Below, piece by piece: positions 57,123 to 64,000 of a DNA stretch of 64,000 nucleotides (position 1 is the stretch's first letter; each line of letters starts with the position of its first letter). A program made the position numbers and the translations under genes. The stretch is from a virus. Location: positions 1 through 64,000 of IMG/VR virus record IMGVR_UViG_3300037247_000961, one strand, 5' to 3'. The notes beneath the pieces were generated by a model. The model was not told the origin of the DNA. It saw only the letters and a list, made by a program, of their open reading frames with translations, and did not search any database.

Positions 57123-58215
57123 CGGGGGGTCTCACAATTTTGTTAGTGCCTGGCACGTGAGGCCAACCACGGTAATTGTTGATGTTGAAGAATCCTCCGC
57201 TACATCGGCCAATGCTCTTATCGCAGCCTGCGCTTAGGTTGAGATCTTCTCCAACTGTAATGGTGAAAGGTAAGGGCCGAGCAAAAAGGATTGTACCTGT
57301 GGCTAAATCCCAGTCTTTGACCGCGGATCGCAACGCGAGGTTAGTGTTGGGGCCATCGATAAACTTGGCAGTGCCCTCACGCAAATGAATGTCTGGGGCA
57401 TCCGCCGCTGGGCTCATTGTGATTGTAATCTCACTCTGATCCACCACAGTCGCCACGGTCCCGACCAAACGGTTAGCGTGCATCGTGGTCCACTCAACGC
57501 CGCCCGTCTCCGTAGTCACGTTGCCAATGGTCAAATCCCACGTTGGCTCACTTGCATCGGTTGTACCTCCCTTGGTGCAACGAAAGATTCGATTCTTATC
57601 GGACGCACCTGTTGGACTTACATAATCTCCGATGCTGGCGTCGGCAGTATTAGTTTCGGTAACGGCCGTTGTTCCCTGCCAATTGGTTGGAACTTCAATC
57701 ACCTTGCACTTACTATCGAATAGGTCTACAGGGCACTCCTCAACGACAATATCGCCAATCTCATTCAGGAATAATTCAAGCAGATCGCGGAATTCTGCAA
57801 CAAACAAATTGTCGTGGATGCTGATACGTCCAAGGAAACCGGTTTGGAGTTTGATCTCTTTATGTGTGAGGTTTTTCCAATTGACTTGGAAAATCCATAC
57901 CTGAGCAAAGTCGTAGCGCTCCGCGCGAATATCTTCCTTGGTGATAGTGGTGCTTTCAATGATGCCTTGGATTTCCATATTGCCGACTTTGAAATCGGCC
58001 GTACTCTCCAGGGCAGTGCGATTGAAGCCGGTATCTGACTTATAAATGAGCAAGCCGTCACTTTCACCATCGTCGACAAGGTCAAACGGCACATCAATAT
58101 CAAGTGATGTGGCAGCAATGATAACACCATCGGTGCGCTTGAGTTTCCAACACGTCGTCATCGACGTGGTGATCCCTTGCATGTGGGTATCAAGCGTCGA
58201 ATCGATTACCTTCAT
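57109..58215 (-). CDS. Baseplate hub (DUF2163, GTA-like) with inserted domain
   Basis: TCWKLKRTDG, C...LFDSKC, GCDK...C...F.N..NYRGWPHVPG. Confidence 0.85.
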   Translation of the reverse strand: MKVIDSTLDTHMQGITTSMTTCWKLKRTDGVIIAATSLDIDVPFDLVDDGESDGLLIYKSDTGFNRTALESTADFKVGNMEIQGIIESTTITKEDIRAERYDFAQVWIFQVNWKNLTHKEIKLQTGFLGRISIHDNLFVAEFRDLLELFLNEIGDIVVEECPVDLFDSKCKVIEVPTNWQGTTAVTETNTADASIGDYVSPTGASDKNRIFRCTKGGTTDASEPTWDLTIGNVTTETGGVEWTTMHANRLVGTVATVVDQSEITITMSPAADAPDIHLREGTAKFIDGPNTNLALRSAVKDWDLATGTILFARPLPFTITVGEDLNLSAGCDKSIGRCSGGFFNINNYRGWPHVPGTNKIVRPPVAGA

Positions 58216-59087
58216 TGTTTTTCTTCCACGAGCGGGATATTTTGCCAGGAGCCCCGCCGGAACATGAGCAAGTTGAGTTTCAATTTGTCCGTATCGAATC
58301 GCATTGGAATATCGAACTCAAGGGCCACCTGAATATCGACACCCACGGCCGGCCAAAATCCGGCGAGCCATGTAATGATACCCGTGGTAAGATTGACGGT
58401 GTAATGTGTGTTTTCGGTCTGGACGACATTGTCCTTGAGCACAATAACGCGGCCACTGACAAGGTGTGTGATTGGACGGTCATAGTTGATACCACCATCA
58501 CTGTACCGTTTGAAAATTGAATCTGTCTCACGGAGCAACGTAATTGTGACGCTGGCTCCGGCACCCTCATTCACAATACCACTGGGCACTGTAATAGTGC
58601 CGGCCGATGTGGTACTGATTAGGAAAGTACCATCGTTGCTTGCGCTCCCGGAAATCTCGATGTAGTCAGCCGCAAGGAATTTCTCTAGGTCGTTCCCGCT
58701 GTCCGAAATAGTGTCTGTCGCTGTAAATGAGATCGTCGAAGCCGTAAGTGTGATCGACGTGCCACCGGTTGCAACGGACTGATTATCTGTTGTGGGATTC
58801 TGCCAATCCCCGATCTTGAAGTCCGACCAATCCTTGAATCGAAACGTGTGGGCTTTACCCTCGCGCGTGTAGAAAAAGGCCAAAAGGCTGTCGATGGTTG
58901 CCTCAAGGATGACACTGTCTTGATCCATCAGGCCATAGCCAATATCGAATTCAGCGCGTGTCCGCGCCCAATCAATATTGCGTTGCTCTTTACCTGAGCC
59001 CAACGGAGTAACAGTTGTTTTGAATCCTGGCCCGCCAAGCGCGCCGCGTTCTACGTCAACTGGAAGCCTGGTATCATGGAACGCCAT
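58212..59087 (-). CDS. Distal tail protein (DUF2460/TIGR02217) with inserted domain
   Basis: GALGGPGF.T, SGKEQRN..W, FRFKDWSD, FDIPMRFDTD. Confidence 0.88.
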   Translation of the reverse strand: MAFHDTRLPVDVERGALGGPGFKTTVTPLGSGKEQRNIDWARTRAEFDIGYGLMDQDSVILEATIDSLLAFFYTREGKAHTFRFKDWSDFKIGDWQNPTTDNQSVATGGTSITLTASTISFTATDTISDSGNDLEKFLAADYIEISGSASNDGTFLISTTSAGTITVPSGIVNEGAGASVTITLLRETDSIFKRYSDGGINYDRPITHLVSGRVIVLKDNVVQTENTHYTVNLTTGIITWLAGFWPAVGVDIQVALEFDIPMRFDTDKLKLNLLMFRRGSWQNIPLVEEKQ

Positions 59088-62000
59088 TAACCTCTCCCTC
59101 GCGCAGCGGCAATCCCACTGCCTGCTTGGCCCATGATCTGATGGCGACTGCGGTTAAACCCGCCGACGTCCGGCGATTCAATGTTCCAAATTTGTGTGAT
59201 GTTTCCACCTTCCTGTCGCGCTTGCTCTGGCGTTCGTACAGACACTTCTTCGCCGCGGGTTGCCTTGAATTGAACTAATGTTCTATCTATGCCGCCTGGC
59301 CCTCCAACGGTGAAGTCTCCGCCATGTCGGAAGGATGGGCCTAGGGGGAGCAGAGCCGCGCTGGCCCCGGCGCTGCCGGCGCCGGTCAGTGGAGCAGCGC
59401 CGCCTCCTAAACTAAACAGGCTCTCTAAGAAGCCCCCACCCCCTCCACTTGCAGCAATGGTTTGAAGGGATAAGGCTGCGGCTTCGGCTGCAACGGCAAG
59501 CGTTGTTAATGATGTTGTCGCGGTTACCGTTGCCGCTGTCTCGGTTGCGGTGCCAATCGCGGCCTCTAAGGTGCCCTTTACCAGATCCGTACCAAGAGCC
59601 GTTGCCGCTGGCAGTGCCGCGCTTGTTACATTCTCAATTGCCGGTGCGGCGTTTGTTAAAGCCTGCGTAACGGTATCTGCCGCTGTGCCTATTGCGGTCA
59701 ACGCAGGGTCGACGCTAAATCCGCGACCTCCAGGATCTGAACCTGCTGGTGGTAAAGTGTCCTCAGACCCGAAGAACTTATTGAACAATCCCTGTAAACC
59801 CTTGGTCGGATCTTCATCACCGATACCAGTTTTGCCTAAGCCAAGTAAGTTGGCCAATGGATTGACGATGGCCCCCTGGATTGCCAAACGGGCCAGATCT
59901 GAAATGATGCTATTGATGAGGCTGGCAAAATCCAATTTGCCCGTGGTGACGAATTCGGCCAATGCATCACCGGCACCACGGAAAGCATTCGTGAGCACAG
60001 ATTCAATCCTTGACGCAAGGTCTTCCGAGTCACGTCCCATCTTGAGGAACGAGCGCTCGATGCCGGATACAAGGTCTGTTTGTTGATCAAGGAACGCAAT
60101 GCGCGCGTCGCGCATGGCCTGCGTCCGTTCCTTCTCGGAAAGTGCAGCCGTGGCCATTGAACCATTTAGCGCATCGATAGCATGCTTATAATCTTGTACC
60201 GGCCCAAGGATATCCTCGATCACTTCACGCTGATCTCGGAGCGCCTGATTCTCACGTGCCAAATTCTCGATGAGTAGTTTATGTGCGGGCTGGAGTGCGT
60301 CATCGGCAGCAGCCTTGGCATCAAGCAGCACTTGTTGAATCTCGCGTTCGCGGTTAGACACCTTGAGCAGGTCCGCTTCTTGAATTAAGGCTTGCCTAAG
60401 TTCCTCTAACTTTGGCGGAAGCGCCTTTGGGTCACGCCCCGAACCATCGTCGACGACTAACCCCTTTCCGGCTTGAACGCCACGAAGCCTTTGTAATGCT
60501 GCGTCCAGATTCTCCACGTGGGCAGTCAAAGTTTTCACGGCTTCGGAACCAGGAGCCAAAAATTCCGTGATTAGAAGCTGGTCCGAAATCCGAGTTTTCA
60601 ATTCCTCAATGGTATCGATGAAGGCGGTAAATTCATCGCCGGTCAATTTCCCATTCTTCGTGGCTTTTTTCAAAGCCCCTGCAATTTCCCCAATCTCTTC
60701 CGAAAAGCCTTGGATTGCATCGGTTGGAATCACAATATCCTTGAAGAAACCTACAATTTGCTCCTTCATCTTCTCAAAAGTTTCCGCGATGTCTTCACCA
60801 TTTGCCTTAGCGATAGCGGCCAAAATGGCAAATGCAGCAATTGCTGCCGCAGCCATTGCCGGAATAATGCGTGCACTAAGCAAAGTCATCGTAACAACCA
60901 ACTTTTTAAGTTGACTGATGAGGATGGCAATGGCTCCAACGACGAGCCGTCCCAAGATCACAGTGCCCATGATGGTTAGGGCCTTCGCCAACATGTCCGC
61001 ATTATTGGCAACGATGCGCAAGAACTGCGCAGTCTTTTCGAGCAACGTACGTAACCCGGATGTTCCCCCCTCGTCTCCCAGTTCAAGGATCACACCTTCA
61101 AAGGCAGACTTCACACGTAGCAAAGCGCCATTAAGGTTATCATCCATGACCTCGGCCATCTCTTCAGCAGTGCCAGCGGCTTCCCGATTCAGTCGGGCCA
61201 GTTCCTTGAGACGTGGCAAACTATCAATCAGGATTAGGAGATTATTCGCTTGTCGTATACCGACCAATTCATATGCTTGTGTCAATCCAATGTTGGCCGC
61301 ACGGAGCGTCTCAAGAACTGGAATAAGCCCGCGGGATTCGATGTTGACGTCTTTTAGGCTCAGATCAACGGCCTTAAGAGATTTCTTGGCAGCACCTGCA
61401 CCAGCGAGCAATTTGATGAAGGATGTACGCAAGCCTGAGCCGGCTCGCGTACCCTGAATAGCAGCGTCAGACAGTACACCAATCGCAGCCGCGGTCGTCT
61501 CAACGGAAACACCCAAGGCAGCCGCGGCCGGCGCCGCAAAGGACATAGCGTCACCAAGCTGTTCGACATTGGTATTAGACTTAGATGACGTTTTCGCGAG
61601 CACATCAATAACACGATTCATGGAATTGGCTTCCAATCGGAAACCCTTTAAGACGTTGGATGCAATATCTGCAGCCCGCGCCACATCAATCAATCCAACT
61701 TGCGCAAGGTTGAGTGTGCCCTGAATTGTTTGCAAAACCTGATTTGCATCGAAGCCCGTACGGGCAAGAAATACCATTCCCTCCGCTGCCTGTGTCGCGC
61801 TGAACCGGGTTTCAATACCAAGTTTCTTTGCTCGATTACGAAGCGCATCGAAGGCGGCACCTGTCTCCCCCGTGATAGCCTTAATCGTCGACATGGACTG
61901 CGAGAAATCCGCAAGCGTACGAATGGTACTGCGTAGAATCAGCGCCCCGCCGAGCGCGCCCAGAGCGGAGCGGAGGAGCGACACTCCACCCTGAGCGGCT

Positions 62001-62089
62001 CGTGACGCAGTCCCGATCTTCGCGATATTACGCGAAACGCGCCGGGAACCGCGTTCACTGACGACAATGTCCAGACGCTCTACGGCGAT
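59087..62089 (-). CDS. Tape measure protein (~1000 aa; probable ATC start at 62089)
   Basis: TP901-like core (TRFSATQAAEGM..LA, SNTNVEQLG) and lambda-type C-terminus; frame open 35 codons upstream of the track start. Confidence 0.92.
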   Translation of the reverse strand: MAVERLDIVVSERGSRRVSRNIAKIGTASRAAQGGVSLLRSALGALGGALILRSTIRTLADFSQSMSTIKAITGETGAAFDALRNRAKKLGIETRFSATQAAEGMVFLARTGFDANQVLQTIQGTLNLAQVGLIDVARAADIASNVLKGFRLEANSMNRVIDVLAKTSSKSNTNVEQLGDAMSFAAPAAAALGVSVETTAAAIGVLSDAAIQGTRAGSGLRTSFIKLLAGAGAAKKSLKAVDLSLKDVNIESRGLIPVLETLRAANIGLTQAYELVGIRQANNLLILIDSLPRLKELARLNREAAGTAEEMAEVMDDNLNGALLRVKSAFEGVILELGDEGGTSGLRTLLEKTAQFLRIVANNADMLAKALTIMGTVILGRLVVGAIAILISQLKKLVVTMTLLSARIIPAMAAAAIAAFAILAAIAKANGEDIAETFEKMKEQIVGFFKDIVIPTDAIQGFSEEIGEIAGALKKATKNGKLTGDEFTAFIDTIEELKTRISDQLLITEFLAPGSEAVKTLTAHVENLDAALQRLRGVQAGKGLVVDDGSGRDPKALPPKLEELRQALIQEADLLKVSNREREIQQVLLDAKAAADDALQPAHKLLIENLARENQALRDQREVIEDILGPVQDYKHAIDALNGSMATAALSEKERTQAMRDARIAFLDQQTDLVSGIERSFLKMGRDSEDLASRIESVLTNAFRGAGDALAEFVTTGKLDFASLINSIISDLARLAIQGAIVNPLANLLGLGKTGIGDEDPTKGLQGLFNKFFGSEDTLPPAGSDPGGRGFSVDPALTAIGTAADTVTQALTNAAPAIENVTSAALPAATALGTDLVKGTLEAAIGTATETAATVTATTSLTTLAVAAEAAALSLQTIAASGGGGGFLESLFSLGGGAAPLTGAGSAGASAALLPLGPSFRHGGDFTVGGPGGIDRTLVQFKATRGEEVSVRTPEQARQEGGNITQIWNIESPDVGGFNRSRHQIMGQAGSGIAAARGRG

Positions 62090-62123
62090 GGCACACCTGC
62101 CTTTCGATTAGAGGGTTCGGCCA

Positions 62124-62531
62124 TTACTTAAAAACCCTCGTCTTAGCAAGTACCGCAACTGCTGCCAATACAGCAAGTTGAACAAATCCAGCCGGTGCCT
62201 GAGACGATGACCCCTCATTCAATTCGTTAATGTAAGGAACATTATTCGACAAAATAATGTCCACACGCTTTTCGCGTGCCCGAATCAGTGTATTGTTCCG
62301 TGCAATAGTGGCTGCTCCGTCTATGTCCTCGGCATCAATCTCCTTTGTGATTGGTGCGACTAACCCAATTTGCCAATTCGCGCGTGCGTGTCCTGTCTTG
62401 ACCGGGGTCTCTAGTATTACAACCTGGTTAATAACTAGCGCTGCGGACTTGACAGCGTCCGACGCGCCCGACTCAACTTGCCGAGCGCGTCGTCGAATCC
62501 GTCTTGCAAAAATCTCTGGACTCGCCATCAA
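62124..62531 (-). CDS. HK97 gp10-like tail completion protein
   Basis: TPVKTGHARANW, NNVPYI..LN.G.S.QAPAGFV. Confidence 0.85.
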   Translation of the reverse strand: MMASPEIFARRIRRRARQVESGASDAVKSAALVINQVVILETPVKTGHARANWQIGLVAPITKEIDAEDIDGAATIARNNTLIRAREKRVDIILSNNVPYINELNEGSSSQAPAGFVQLAVLAAVAVLAKTRVFK

Positions 62532-62869
62532 CCGTTGCCTTTATTCTTCTCACGGTGCCATTCCACATACCAAGCATCAAGTGCTTGAACGCAGTAAATC
62601 AGGTCTATCCGCTGATCTCCAATTACTCCAATTCGGTCGCAGTAATCATAGATCGTTAACCACGGAATCCGCCCCATCGACATGCTGTTGAGGCGGCTTG
62701 AGTCTAAATCCATGAAGGCTTGCATATACAAGCCCAACCCCATATCAAGCTCCGGCGCGTCGCGGATGCTGTTCGGATAAGGTTGTTTCGTCTGCAAGCA
62801 AGCCCTCAAGATTGCCTGTTCATGCGGTCCTTGCTCCAGTGTGTACTGGAGGACCGCGATTAGTTTCCC
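62528..62869 (-). CDS. Tail assembly chaperone -1 frameshift extension (gpGT-like)
   Basis: Opens at the slippery site; F.DL...R..MG.IPW..I..Y motif. Confidence 0.75.
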   Translation of the reverse strand, partial: GKLIAVLQYTLEQGPHEQAILRACLQTKQPYPNSIRDAPELDMGLGLYMQAFMDLDSSRLNSMSMGRIPWLTIYDYCDRIGVIGDQRIDLIYCVQALDAWYVEWHREKNKGNG

Positions 62870-63309
62870 GTGTCTGCCTCCTGATACTGAATCAGGTACA
62901 GTGCCAGCTTCTCCGCATCTTCCTTGAACCACATGAACAATTCCGGCAAATCGATCATCGCCTGGACCACGTTGTCACGGGTGAATGGAACCAGCTTGAT
63001 GGGGTCACCCGCCTTCTTGGACTTGGCCTCGATGCCAATTTCCCATTCGCCCTTGGCATTTTTGGTTTCCCAATGGAGGACGATTGAATCAGCATAAACC
63101 TCGCGCAGGATCTCGATGGCCACGTCATTATCCATGGTCCCGGTTTTCCTAGCACGTTCATGTGGCTTCGCCCGAGCGTCCAAAAGCCTTTCATATTTCT
63201 TGTTAGACCCGCCAGCACGGGCCAATGTGACACGGAACGAACCGTAATTGATCTCCACGCCCTTGGTCTCAAGGGCTTTGTCGGTTTCGAGTTGTTCATA
63301 CATGCTCAT
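62860..63309 (-). CDS. Tail assembly chaperone (gpG-like)
   Basis: GGAG RBS; ARAGGSNKKY; ends G GGA AAC TAA. Confidence 0.8.
   Translation of the reverse strand: MSMYEQLETDKALETKGVEINYGSFRVTLARAGGSNKKYERLLDARAKPHERARKTGTMDNDVAIEILREVYADSIVLHWETKNAKGEWEIGIEAKSKKAGDPIKLVPFTRDNVVQAMIDLPELFMWFKEDAEKLALYLIQYQEADTGN
62863..62869 (-). other. Programmed -1 frameshift slippery heptamer GGGAAAC
   Basis: X XXY YYZ in the correct phase immediately before the stop; the -1 frame is open. Confidence 0.85.
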
Positions 63310-63338
63310 GGTGTTGCTCCTCTGCAATTGGGGTTGAC

Positions 63339-63415
63339 GCGAGGGCCATGTGACCCTCGCGTTTAGTGCCATCCCGATTAGGTGTCCAAGGAATCGGGCC
63401 ACAATGGCCCGATTC
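63339..63415. terminator. Two hairpins after the tail tube gene (attenuator/terminator-like)
   Basis: GAATCGGGCCA/TGGCCCGATTC (63391-63415) and GCGAGGG/CCCTCGC (63339-63360). Confidence 0.5.
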
Positions 63416-63424
63416 ATGGCCCGT

Positions 63425-64000
63425 TTAGATGTCCGCGGAATCGGGAAGGAAGTCGAAGAACACGAACATCGCGACATAATCGAGGGTAGAATCGATTATC
63501 GCCGCAGTGGCCGCGGTCATATCCAACGGCAACGTGATTGCTTGGTCTTGCACAACGTTCAATCGCGCATCGCCCAAAGTGATCAGCGGCAAATCAAGCA
63601 CGAAGCCCGCTTTGCTCCCTGCTACACCCTTGACACATGCGAAGTCGAGGGTCACATTGGCATTGTCCTTGACCGCTTCAATCGACGCCACACTGGCGAA
63701 GTACGCAGTAATCGACCCGCCGATGTTCAGCGTGCCATGACTAATCTCGAAAGAGCCCAACGTGCCAACGGCTTTGTTCGGAGTCAGGTTTTCGTTGAAC
63801 GTGATTTCGAGGTTCTGTGCGAAAGCGAACAGTGGAGTCGGCGCCTCGGTGCCGTCCACGTGTACCGCCAGCCGAATGCGACTAAAGTCGGACGAAGTGT
63901 TGAAAGCGTCCGATTCAACTACGGCCGGGCGCGTCCCGGTCTTGAGCGCAGTCGGCCCGTCAACCGTTGAACTGTCGCCGGCGATGAACGAAAGGTTGGC
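63425..64000 (-). CDS. Major tail tube protein, C-terminal part (runs off window)
   Basis: ENLTPNKAVGTLG...GGSITAYF; lies upstream of the chaperones. Confidence 0.8.
   Translation of the reverse strand, partial: ANLSFIAGDSSTVDGPTALKTGTRPAVVESDAFNTSSDFSRIRLAVHVDGTEAPTPLFAFAQNLEITFNENLTPNKAVGTLGSFEISHGTLNIGGSITAYFASVASIEAVKDNANVTLDFACVKGVAGSKAGFVLDLPLITLGDARLNVVQDQAITLPLDMTAATAAIIDSTLDYVAMFVFFDFLPDSADI

Noticed and set aside
1-64000. Integrated prophage with att sites at tRNAs
   Set aside because: No integrase, host flanking genes or duplicated tRNA 3' end is seen; lifestyle cannot be determined from this window.

Overview
The window is about 64 kb of a tailed dsDNA phage genome of siphovirus type, with essentially every credible gene on the minus strand. 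The host is probably an alphaproteobacterium, inferred from the CheY sequence style, a DUF3489-like protein and GTA-like tail-tip genes. Reading in transcription order (64000 to 1): (i) a tail module with tube, frameshifted chaperone, completion protein, tape measure, Dit, hub, NlpC/P60, tail tip and fibres; (ii) an unusual envelope/lysis block with a BTLCP protease, lipoprotein, lipase, T5-A1-like phosphoesterase and M15 endolysin; (iii) an AT-rich ori-like element; (iv) a YuA/M6-like replication block with SNF2 and RecD-like helicases, SSB-like protein, class II RNR, TS-fold protein, HD protein, DUF3310-like protein, PolA, dCMP deaminase, primase-helicase, three DNA methyltransferases and a DnaX-like protein; (v) a long accessory region of small genes; (vi) a second copy of the ori-like element. 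Three tRNAs are present (Tyr, Asn, initiator-like Met). The most notable observations are altered copies of host motility/surface proteins (CheY lacking its signalling Thr, a 31-aa Flp-pilin mimic, a MotA/ExbB-like three-gene unit, a LapG-like protease), an intact dUMP-hydroxymethylase homologue that has lost its catalytic residues, two tRNA-shaped non-coding RNAs with large inserts, a duplicated ori-like element bracketing the non-structural 44 kb, repeated 16-bp gene-junction linkers, and a probable ATC start codon on the tape measure gene. All family calls come from motif recognition by eye; no database searches were run.
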